The position numbers and the translations under genes were made by a program. Below, in pieces: positions 31,510 through 43,700 of a DNA stretch of 64,000 bases. The notes under the pieces are model-generated. The model had not been told where the DNA came from. It did not search any database and saw nothing but the letters and a program-made list of their open reading frames with translations. Every line of letters starts with the position of its first letter. Positions within the stretch are counted from its first letter, which is position 1. Source of the DNA: Balanoglossus misakiensis (taxonomy: Eukaryota > Animalia > Hemichordata); the NCBI GenBank assembly GCA_040954595.2, contig CM082586.2, forward strand, positions 5,318,509 to 5,382,508, given 5' to 3'.

Positions 31510-34091
31510 ATGGCGGCAAGGCGGAAAAACGACATCAAGTGGTCGAAGACGAAATACAACTTGAAGAAATTTACGAAGAACTACCAAATGCCGCAGATTG
31601 TCCACGTCATCAGTGGCTGGTGTGGCGTCGATGAGCACGAGACAATATCCAGTGGCCAGGTGAACATGACGTCACTTTCTTCTCGGTTGGCAATGGCTAA
31701 TAAGCATGCGCAGTTGGTCGGGACCCCTTTGAAGTCTTCATAAACATTTCTTACTGCAAACCTATAGACTGTAATATAATCTAACAGAGACTTGACACAA
31801 CAATAGCACTCCTACACCACCAGCAAGTAAACTGTTTGTTGTTTCCGGGATCGTGACCCCGAAGACGAACAATGAATACAGGGGCCTATTAACATGATTA
31901 AAGAACCTTCATAGAGAGCAAAGTGCACGGCGCGTATACGAAAGCGCGACAGTATTGGTAAACAATCAGCTGAACGCGAGGAGTGGCCAATTTGATACAA
32001 AACACAATATTGCTGACTATAACCATCTAATGATCGGGTAATGTTAACAATTATTAATTATTATTCATTCCCAGATTTTACGAGTGGGTAGAAAATTTAC
32101 CCAGCTACGTGTGATAGCCGAGGATGAACTTGGTCGCCATATCAGCATCCCAGTAAGCTACAGGTTCAAGTTCAACGTTTTAACAGCAAGCGATGACAGT
32201 AAGTGAAAATGTCGTGCGAAATTTCATTGTATTTTTTTCTTGAAACACTAAAAAATAAATATCACGGTTTGTTTGTGACCATGTCATCATGATGTCTTTT
32301 CAATCCATCATTTCAGTCAACAAAACATACACCATGGAAGAGATCTTATCCGGATTCACCCTGCCACAGAAGATACAGCTGGCTAAAGACGACGGGATGT
32401 TCGTTAGTGTTGACGGGACTCAGAGGCCAGATTACCCGTTCGGCGTCCTCAAGCTGCTGAAAACGCACGAAATTTCCTATCTGGCCTGTAACTCCATGAA
32501 CGCTGGTAGGCAACGGTGTGATAGATTGCAGATTGACGTCACGAGGGAGAAACTTTGACTGAAACGCATTCAGAGGCATATTTATAGAAAAATCGATACT
32601 TTATTGTCGTGTTTTTGATTGGTCAACAGAAATGGAAACACTTAGATGTGACTTGACCTAAAAGGCCAGTTTCATGACCCCTATATGACCTTCCATCCTT
32701 GTACTTTCGTTGGTATGGAGTTGTGAACAATCAACATTTTGGGACAAGAAACGTGTAAACTGTTGATTGACAAGGGATCACTTTTGTAATTCAGTACATA
32801 CTTTATTGACTACAGCTGCAATTATAGAGTTTGTGCAGAGGTTTTAGTCAACCTGGTGGTTTCTTACCAACGCAAGTACGAGGATGTAAGGTCATGTAGG
32901 GGTCATCATGAAAGTGGCCTGTGTTTATAGACGTTTGAAATGATTGCCGTTCACAGGTGGGATTGTAAAACAGCCGCTGATACTGCCAATGTACATCACC
33001 ATAGAGGTCGCGGTGGCAGACGGATTGGTTAACGGCACGAAGAAACAATGGGAGGACTTTCAACGTCTACGAACAAAGATGGTCGAAAGTAACGTGAACT
33101 TGGAAGACGTCAGTGGGAATGAAGGTATGTATGAACATACATATACAAGTGAAAATCTTTAATTTGCCTGAGGTGGACCTCGCTATTGCCTTCTTTATAA
33201 ACCTCTGTAAAAACTGAAAAGAATTAAATCAAAACTTGGCACCCCCACCCCCAGTATGCAAATAATTTACATATCGAACAAATTGCACTTTCTGTCACAG
33301 ATATATCGATATATGGTTCTACCGAGGTATCCGTAAAACGGAAAGCCAATCTGAAAGAACCGATGAATATCTACGAAGAAATTGAACCTAAAATCATTCG
33401 CATTTCCACGGTGAAAGACAGCAGTGCGGAGACGCAACAAGACGCAGCAACTTCAGCAGCCATAACTTACGATAATGTGCTTCCGGTTCCGGAGCAGACG
33501 CCGCCAAGACCGCCCTCGGTGGCAAAGGACGGGTACACGTCTCTGGTAAGCGAGTTGAGCCGCCAGTATGAAATCATAAACCGACCTTCTGTGGCATCGC
33601 GCCCTGTGCCACCTGTTGACGAATCTCAGTACGACGTCATTGGGCAGGAAGGGGAAAGACGTCCTCCGGTACCACCCAAGCCCGGCCCGGGGAAACCGAC
33701 TCCGTTACCGCCCGCTAGCCCATCACACCCGTCCGGTGATGGGCCGTCCGAGCCGCAAAGTGTAACTCCCGCGGCACGGGCGATTCCGCCGAGGCCTCCT
33801 GTCCAAGCTAAGACTGCGAAAGTCCCTCCTGTCCAGACGGAGCCGTCTGAGGGCGTGGCGAGCAAGTTCCCGGATGATGTGCGCGGACTGAGCGTCGACA
33901 GCGTCTGCGACTGCTTGCGGGCACTGAACCTCGGACAATACGCAAAAGACTTCAAAGATAACGACGTTGACGGTGACTTCCTCACCGACCTCACCGAAGA
34001 AATCATGCGCAAAGAACTCGGGATGACCCAGTTGCACGCCAAGAAACTGTTTAAGTTCGTCAAGGGGTGGCGCCCTAATCTCGGGAAGTAA
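31510..34091 (+). CDS. CABIT-SAM adaptor D (GAREM-like, ~473 aa) with ITAM/ITIM-like tyrosine motifs
   Basis: Exons 31510-31659, 32075-32198, 32317-32505, 32957-33124, 33301-34091. CABIT core YLACNSMN...LILPMYI. Tail has YEEI, YDNV, YTSL-x7-YEII, SQYDVI, RPPVPPKP and a SAM ending GWRPNLGK. Confidence 0.87.
32664..32919. mobile_element. MITE with GGCC-ended TIRs, copy 1 (intron 3 of CABIT gene D)
   Basis: GGCCAGTTTCATGACCCCTATATGACCTT ... AAGGTCATGTAGGGGTCATCATGAAAGTGGCC inverted ends. A second diverged copy lies at 48487-48715. Confidence 0.75.
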
Positions 34092-35528
34092 ACGAGTAAA
34101 CAATATCATCAAATCCAGTGTGGTAACTATTGCCATGTTACCCCAATAGAATACCATAATGTCGAGCCGAGATATCACCATTAATATGCCTGACACTATC
34201 ATTTTAGATAGGAAGTTATAATTACTCTAAGTATAATGTTGATTTTCATGCAACGGATAACAATACATACAGAGAGCATACAATAGGAAAGATAAAGATG
34301 TGAAATATATCGGATTAGTAATATATGTAGTTACTAGAATTGGGAATAGTGTCTTCAAATCAGGTAGTATACTATCATATATGTGACATGGGTCCACAAG
34401 AAAAACAGAGAATGTTTACTTGAAATAGAGAACACACCACAGAGATTTCTTTGTGTATTATTTACATGAATTATACTATGTGCGCGGACATTTCGTTTAA
34501 CTCACAGACAGAGATGTAATTTAGCTTTGATCTATACTCCAATGTATTGCGTATAATCTTTACCAGTTTCATTTTTTTATGCAGGTATATTTTTGTATGC
34601 TTTAAACCATGGTGTCCATGCTCACTTTTGTCCAACTATTTACTAGTTTTATTGCTTTTGGACGAACTTATATATTGCATGTATAAAGCTATCATTTCCG
34701 TTTCCTTAATTGTAGATTCTGAATTGTCTGTCATTAGAATTCCACTCATTTTTGCAGATGTTAACAAAGTGACAAAATAGCTGCCTACTGCCAGACATAA
34801 ACAATGGCATGATATTGTGAAGTTTACCATAGTGATATCATGTAAAATTGAGGCGCGTACTATGCGTGGTAATCCAGCTTGTTGACTGATGACCCTGAGA
34901 ATGTACAACGTTATACCATCGCCGGTAACCCACATCCTTGTGCAATCAATCAATACACATTACCATAATTAGAATGGGGTTAAATGTACCCTGATCCTGG
35001 GTTCCAAAGGTGTATGGCCGCGCCCTCAACCGCTATTAGCAGTCCTTGTGTTACATCAACATGTGAATGCATAGAACTTGTCACGTGAATAAAACAGGGC
35101 ACTTTTTTGTGGCTGGGGACTGTTTTTGTTGTTGGTGGACTTTGATGCTTAGTTTCTAACCGCCGTCGGCGTCGACTCCGACTGTCACACAGTATTGGGG
35201 AGACCGCGACTTGAAGTACGTGTGGTGGTTTTTTGTGACCGCAGAGAGGTGAGTCAACGCTCCTGTCACATTCTTGATGCTACGTTATGTCATTAGCATG
35301 CCGTTCCGTGGCTTTACGAGAAACTTCCATTCGGTGCATCATGGCCCCTTTTCCCACTTTAGCATCGTGGGCGTTCATGTAACACAACAGTAGTATTTCA
35401 CGATCGAACCATGCACCTATATACTCCGCCATCTTTTTGCCCACCTCTATTATTGACCCCCTGAAAGTCCGGCATGGGGGTTTTCAGCGAAAACAGACAA
35501 GTTTTACAGTTGCATGTGTAACTCACAG

Positions 35529-38500
35529 ATGGCGTCACAGCGGAGGAACGAAGTCAAGTGGACGAAGTCGAGGTACAACTTGAAGAAATTCACCAAGAAC
35601 TATCGTCTGCCGCAGATTGTGAATGTCGTCGGCGGTTGGTGTGGCGCCGACGAGCATGAAACCATTTCAGCTGGCCAGGTAAATGGCACCGTTTCATTTC
35701 CGTTAGTTAACTCGTCAGTTTAGGGAGTAAAGTATAAGCCAGACATTTCAAGTGTCTATCTTGCAAAAATAACACGCAATATTCAGACCGGCGTCTATTT
35801 CTGCAGTTTACCTCCCCGGATGTCGAATTACGGACATCAGGGTACAAAGGCATGATCTTATATGTTCATGGCTAAAATCACTAAATTCTTTTTTCGTCCC
35901 GGGGTATTCCGCTTTAAAAAGTTGTGTGAGGCGCTTTTTTTGACGTGAGCAGCAATGCAACGCTATTGAGGTCATCCCCGTAAAAGTGTTTTTGATTTTT
36001 ATGGGCAGCGCAAATAAATTTAGAGTATGATAACGATAAGAAACGACTTTGCATGTGTTTTGCGCGGACTTTTCCTCATAGTGATGTGTACATTGGTTGT
36101 GGTTATGTCTCAGGACATAAATCTTCTCTTCGCAATCAATGCTGGCCTTTAGGTGTTGTCAACAGTCTTATAGTGTACTTAGGGAACTTGATATTCAAAT
36201 TTGGGTTGACACTGTCAGTTAAAGTGGCTTGTCAATATTTACATGTTTTCTTTTTGTAGACACAGTGAAAACGCCCACAATAATATAATCGTAGAACTTT
36301 ATATACCTTCACATATTATCACTTGTCTTTAATATATTAATTTGCACAATGTGAAACAATTCTGATTATTATATCCTGTCCAAAACAAAAAATCTCACGA
36401 CAAAAAATATAATTCATCATTCACCCATTCACTCATTCATTCATTTATTCAAATCAAGAGATTGAGTAAACCTCATGCGCAATTGAATTATTATCCAGGA
36501 CTGACTTCTAGGGGCGTGATCACTAGTACAGACAATCCCACTCAAACACAAATCAATGTTGGTACAATTAATTTTCCATTTAACCAGAAGGCATGTGGTT
36601 GTTGAATTGTTGTACCTATACTCAAAAATCAGTCTTCTTTGAAAACACCTTGTATTATTCTATTGAGACAGACAATTAATCAGAGCGTGCCCTAGATCCC
36701 CGCTTACTAGTAATTCACAATGGCAGGTCTGAATACTCCAGTATTTCCGGGATCACGACACTAAAGTTGGGGTGCACAGTATTTTGATTGAATCGGTGAA
36801 TGATTGCACTGAGGTAGAAAACTCTAAAGTTCACCCATGTAGTTGCACCAGACTAATTTAAACGCACGCTGCATTGAGTGAACCCATTAACCCCGAAATA
36901 AATAAAAACCACCATGGTAAAAATGACGTATTTCTTTGTTGGCACATTCCTGGTCCGCAAATCTGCGCCGTGTTTTGTTCGTGTACTTAACCACATTTTG
37001 TTCACACGAGCTACGTTGCGCCAGAGGAAAAAATCTTGAATACCTAAGTATATCGCCTTTGTGACAGCCACTTTTAAGAACGGCAAAATCGTTTGTGTAT
37101 CTCTTGCAGATCTTGCGAGTGGATAGAAAGTTTGACCAGAGGCGCGTAGTTGCCGAAGATGACCTTGGCCGCCATATTAGTATTCCGGTAAATTACAAAT
37201 TCAAATTCAACATCATTCCGGCAAGTGAAGACAGTAAGTACATGTAAATTTGCAAATATTGCAGTGCCTTATTCGAATTCAAGTTTACCAGAATCGCCGT
37301 GAACACATGTTGTTTGAGTTCAACCTATATTGTCTCAAACCTTTCAGCCAACAAGACATACACCATCGAAGAAGTTTTGGCGACTTTCACCCTGCCACAG
37401 AAGATACAGCTGGCGAAGGAAGGTGGGATGTTTGTAAGTGTTGATGGAGCAAAGAAAACGGGGTATAGGTTCGGAGTTCTGAATCTGGTGAGGACACACG
37501 CCATTTCCTACCTGGTCTGCAATTCAATGAACTCGGGTAGGTGGCGCCGTTGATAAGTTCTGTACGGCAGAGATCCCGCGAAGAAGTTATGGAGTTCTTT
37601 TATATTGCATAGCTTCTGAGGTTTGACGATCATTGAAATTTCGATCATGGCGTCTTGATTTTTCAGTACAGTGATGCGGCAATAATGTTGTTCGTTCATT
37701 GGCCAAGTTACACAGCCTTTGTTATGCAAACTAGGGTCATGTTGGGTCAGAGTTCCTCAGTGGTTGAGGTCAATCGGAGGTTGCGAGAGCGGATGCGCCA
37801 TATCCGAGAAATCTGGTGATCGATAGCGAGAGATTTCGTAAATTTTGAGACTCCTAAATATACTGATAAGTTAGCCATGATGATATTTGGGTACGATAAT
37901 AAAATGACGTGACAAAACGGTCAGTTACCCCCACGCTTCCCGATCTTGATTGCTCACCTCACGGCCTCTCGTGCTCAGCTCTAATGTACTTGGCGTTCAA
38001 TGTTTACATACAGAAAGTAGTCCCATTGACTAATTATTTGCATAAATGCTGTGAAAATTCATCTCTCACTTAAAAATTATTTAAGGGCTTCGTGACTAGT
38101 TTGCGTCGTTCCGTACTGAAAATGTCTGAAGAAAAGTGATGATACGTGTGATGCATGATATTAAATAATCCAGGAGATTTAAAAAGGCTCAGATTCGCTA
38201 TATTAACACGCTTTCAACAGGGACTATTTTAACTCTTGTGCATATCACCTTTTATTTTGCGGGACACATCAATATCATCGGTAGTACAAAAGCCGCATTT
38301 TAAATACACTGGGAGAAATGTGTTGCTGTTGAGCAAAGTATGAAGAGGCCGTGACTAATCATATCAAACTTCTATTTTCCTTGTTCGACACCAGTACATG
38401 GTGAGACAAAAGCTATTAAACGACTGGTTTTATTTACCAGGAGGGATCGTGAAACAGCCGTTGATTCTACCGATGTATATCACAATAGAAGTTGTGGTGG

Positions 38501-39574
38501 CTGAAGGCTTAGTTAAAGGCACTAAGAAACAATGGGAGAATTACCAGCGTCTGCGAACACAAATAGTGGAAAGTAATGTGAACTTGGAAGAGGTCACTGG
38601 GATTGAAGGTATGTACATGTACAGTATGTGTGCAACATTGCCACTACTACGCAACATTATGTTTTGCTCCTCGCAAGCACTGTACTGTCGTGTACCTCTG
38701 CAATTAAAAGAAATGTTTTTTTATGGCTATTGTGTTGGTTCATATTCATTCCTTTGATTAATAAATATAACTGCTCAATTTAGCTGATCGAGTTACAATA
38801 TTTTCCGCAGACATATCTATTTACGGTTCTGTCGAAGTTTCCGTGAAAAGGAAGGCCAATTTGAAAGAGCAAATAAACATTTATGAAGAAATTGAACCGA
38901 AAATCGTCCAAATTTCTACAAGTGGCAAGGAAAAGACGCATGAGGAAGACAAACACGATGCAGCGTCTAGACCGTACGAGGATATCGATATTATTGAAGT
39001 TCCACCTGACAAACCAGACAGACCTGTATCATGTCAGGACGGGCCGTACACGCCATTGGTTCACGAGTTTAGAGGTCAATATGAGAGATTAAATCGAAGG
39101 TCTCTCCCGCTGCCTGATGAATCAGCGTATGACGTCATCGACCAGGTCACTGATAATCGTCCACCGGTTGCACCCAAGCCCAAAAAATCGATTACGTTTC
39201 CTCATGGTGGGCGATCAGGTCCATTACCACCGCGGCCTCGTTCACGCAAATCGCCGCCATCCGGCTCCCCAGCGCCCGTCGTCGAATATAATCCTATGCG
39301 GGTTTTTCCTGTTCAACCAGGCTCGGGCGGCAGGAACGTGATGATGACGGGGTTCCCGGAAGAACTTGGCGGACTCGGCATAGATGAAGTGGGCGACTGC
39401 TTGCGCGAATTGAATTTGGGGCAGTATGCGCATACCTTCAAAGAAAACGACGTCGATGGACATTTGCTCAGCGGACTGAGTGTGGACATTCTGGAGCATG
39501 ACCTGGGCATGAACCAACTGCATGCCATGAAACTTGAAAAGTTCATCAAAGGATGGCGCCCTCGATATAAATGA
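35529..39574 (+). CDS. CABIT-SAM adaptor E (GAREM-like, ~464 aa), closest paralog of D, with ITAM/ITIM-like motifs
   Basis: Exons 35529-35678, 37110-37233, 37348-37536, 38441-38608, 38811-39574; exons 1-4 are the same size as in D. YLVCNSMN core; tail has YEEI, YEDI, DGPYTPL-x7-YERL, SAYDVI, RPPVAPKP and a SAM ending GWRPRYK. Confidence 0.87.
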
Positions 39575-40784
39575 GACTAAAGAAATTGTTTCTCCAATAT
39601 ATCATAATATATGTGATCTTTACGAGATGCCAACTCATGGTTTCAATAGAAATCTGCCCATGTAGCAGAAAACTATTTAGAGTTAGCAAAGTTTTTTCAA
39701 GGATCCAACCAAATATTTCCTGGAGAGATAAGAGTCCGAGTTCTCCTCAATGAAACTCAAAAACAATTAGTTGCTTACATCATTCTGTCGTTGCCCTTGT
39801 TTCTTTTTTTCATAGAATAATACGTGTTTTGATATTTCCAACTTAAACATATATCACTCAAAAGAATTCATTTGGTCATGTTCTCATCAAAATAACATAA
39901 ATGCCACTAGAATGTAACATCTACAAAATGCCGCTGGGTTAATTTTCTTTCAATTAAAGGGGCTTTGATAAAAAAGGCACACTATAAAATTTACAAAAAT
40001 AGAAATTCCCTAAAGCTGTTCTTTGTGCCAGAATTGCCATGACAATATAAGTTGAAATTTACCATGAAGTTCACGTACAATGTATTAAGCTATCCTAGAG
40101 ACTCTAAATTCTACAATATGCTGCATTCTGAGTTTAACTGGAAATTAGACAGCCAACATTGAAGAAAAATCCCTAACTAGTCAAGGGTGTGAGTCTTGCG
40201 TGAGAAATCGTTCCAAAGTACGTCATCTTAAAATCAAGGACAAATGCTGCCAATGCGAGAATGTAAAATGTGCTTATCCATCAAGATTGTCATGACATTC
40301 GAATAAACGTTTACAACTAAAAAAGGGAAACACTTATTTCGTCCTTTGTACTATTTCGGAGACACTATATTTTACAGGCACTGCTATGAAGCGTTATCTC
40401 TGAAAATGCAATTTCACAGTTATGAATTAAAACGAACGATATTCAACCTGTCAGTTTCTCTCATAGTCGAGTACTAAATGAATGCCACATTGAGAAAAAT
40501 GTACAAAACAAACATAATCACGGTACAGATCATCAGTGCGAACATTGTTAGATCACAATGCAAGTTCATTAACAGTTTAACCATAATTTCTAACTTACGG
40601 CAAGATTAATTGGTCTCATCAGTGTTCAGACAGGGGCACCAAATATCAACCCCACACTGACGACAATGCCAACTAAGGGAGGAAGTAGTTGCTGAATGTG
40701 TTAAATCCTCCTCGACGACTGGGTCCTACATAGGTGAATCTGCCCATACACAAATCATGCAAAGGACCATACCCCACTGATGAA

Positions 40785-43700
40785 TTAAGCCCACATCATG
40801 GGATCCGCTGGGAAAGCTGCAAGGAGAGAGAATATATCAGTAATTAGGTTTCTTCAAACACTACAGAGATTGCATCCATAATTACACCGCGATGGAGAAT
40901 AATGGAGAACAAGATATTATGAGAATTAGGGAGCTAAACACATGTTCAAAATAATACGATTAGCAAACAGGCTGAAGAAGTTGTACCTACCCTTCCTTAT
41001 TTCCTTTGACGCAAATTCTTCCTCAAATGCTCTCTCTGATTTTTCATCTAGTAGGACTTCATATTTCTTCCTTTCCTCTTCGTTTCCCATTAGCATGTAT
41101 AGTCGAATGAGAAAATACACTCCTGAAATTGAATTACATAAAAGGCAATAAGAGAATTAAAGTTGAATTAGTTGTAATGTATGGTCGGTTTTAGACTCAA
41201 GAGTTGCTATGGTCAAAACAGAAATCAAGATTGAATTCAACAATAACAATTGTTGTTACACGCTTCCATCGCAGTCGATACAAACAACGTTGGAGAAATA
41301 GCAAAAATCTACAAATAACTTATGATGTTTGTTTGATTCTATTTTTCCATGTTTAGGCCCTATGTTCCTAACATGCATGGTCAGCTTTGCAAGCCATGGC
41401 TAAGACGTGCTGCAATAACTCGGTGCTGATCAACCTATGATTAACGCTTCGTGATTTCAAAGGTGACTGTCAGTGAGGTAAATTGAAGTACCTATCTGCC
41501 AGCTGTGGAATTGCTCATAGTGGGACAGTACACACTCTTTGATCTTCAGTGCCTTTGTCAAGAGGTCTTCAGCTTCTTCGTATTTATCATCATTCTCGTG
41601 CGCGAGATAAAATACTGCAAGGTCGGTCATTCCTTGACACAAAGAAAAACATATACATGTAAGTCATTCCAGAACAGCAAGTACACGTGTGAAGGATCAC
41701 ACTTACCGGTATTTCAACCAAAGGTGACGTGCCACAGAACCATTTACTGAGCAACCTTCCAACTGTAATAAACAACCATCTATTTCGTATGGTTTAAATA
41801 CGTTTCCGTCACCATTTCATCATGATTTCTTTTGTTGCCAATCGAACCGTGCTAAACTGTAATAATCTGTTTCAAGTTCACCCTCACCAATTGCCATGCT
41901 TATGTGGTTGCCATTATCTTGGGAATTCCAGATCTTCTGCTTCATTTCCAGAGATTCCCGAAACAGTGTCTCTATTTTGTCTATGTCAACTGGCTCCTTT
42001 AGGCGGAGGAAAACTGCATATTCATGCATAGCTGAAATAGCAATCAAGAGAGCGGAGTGATCGCAGTTCGTTCAAAATGGTGATTATGGTATACACAGAT
42101 GCCATGATGGTTTGTACATAGAGGGCTGTGATGGAAGTTCCTTGCCCGTTAAGGTGAAGTTATAAAACAACAAGAATATAAAATACTTCATGTTGCATAC
42201 CTATGGCCGTCCATTTCCCTGGCTCGTTCTTGTAGTGTTTCTGACAAATTTTTATTGCCGTCTGGAATTTGCCTTCAATTTCATTCACAGTGCTTTCGTC
42301 AGGAATGGGCTTGTTGTAGTCCCTCGCGTATCCGCCTTCAAGGGCCATCGCTTGTATATTGTACACTGTGGTTCATAAAAATGTCAACCCAAAAGGTACA
42401 TTGGGTTTAAGTTAATGAATGCCTCTCATAGTACAATACAAGCTTATCAAAAGTATTTCCATATAAGTTTCGTAAGCGGTAATTATTCTGCAAATTGCAT
42501 GACAATACTCTTAGAGTTACTTACACTTTGCCAAGTTCAAATTTTCATCATAGTCTTCTGGGGGGCAGCTCTGTTTGTAGTGATCCTCCGCCTGATTAAG
42601 GTACTGGAGAGCTTCCTTCTTTTCATTACGTTCCATCAGAACTCTGCCAAGCTGAAAGTGGGCTGGAACGTAACAAAGCATTGTAAATACAATATTTGTA
42701 CAGGAAAAAAACATTTCAATACCGTTTGAGCAATGGAATAACATACACATGTATACTCAAATTATATGCAAACAATTTTTACTCAAACGTCAGTACCACA
42801 AATGGCTAAACTATATATATGTGTTGTTGTATTCTTGTGATGTTTTGTTACTATGTGTATGGATTTATGTCACAAAGTATTCGGGAATATGTTTGATACA
42901 ACCATTGTGATGTAAAATAGCACTATTTGTAAGGTATTATAAACTCACCATAACCAAGATGACGGTTTCGTGTTTGGTTGTCGACTGCTGTTGTAAGAAC
43001 GACTTCTACAGCTAAAGCTTTCTTGTAGAGTAATAGTGCTTCATCGCGTCTCCACTTTACGAGTCGATAATACAGTGCCACAGCATACAGCAGGTCAGTA
43101 GGGTTGTGTATCTTTCCCTTTGCAGATTCAAGCAGGTCTGGTCTGAGGTTACGAGCGAGGGCCTTGGTATGGAGAGCCACCTCTTCTTCTTCTTCGGAGA
43201 TGGGCTCATAGGGACCAGTAAATCTTCTGTAGACCTCTGCATATGACGGAAAGATTGAAACCAGGAACAATATTGCACCGCATATAGCCGTGATGTACTT
43301 TTCACTGTATGTGCCTTGGGAGATATCTGCCTTTACAGCCTTCCTCATAACTCTATGAATGGTAAAATTCCGGTGACCAAACTTTGTTTGACCGATGTTT
43401 GTTTCATTGGTGTCGACCAGGCAGTGCCTTCGTAGCTCCTTCAGAACTGTGTTGAGGTTACGCTGAATCTGGATGTGTTCTTCTCTTGCTGACAGGCCTA
43501 AGACTTTATCCTTCAATGCAGCTTTAAGATATATTAGGCTGATGTCGTCGACCCCTTCAATGATCAGTTGCTCGGAAACAGTAGGTTCCAGAAACACGCA
43601 CATCTGAAGGAGTTCTAAGGCGGCTCTACCTTGCGTTGTATGTTTCAGATGTCGGAATGTCAGGTTCCAGGTGGCCAGGACCCTTTTTCGTGTATACATC

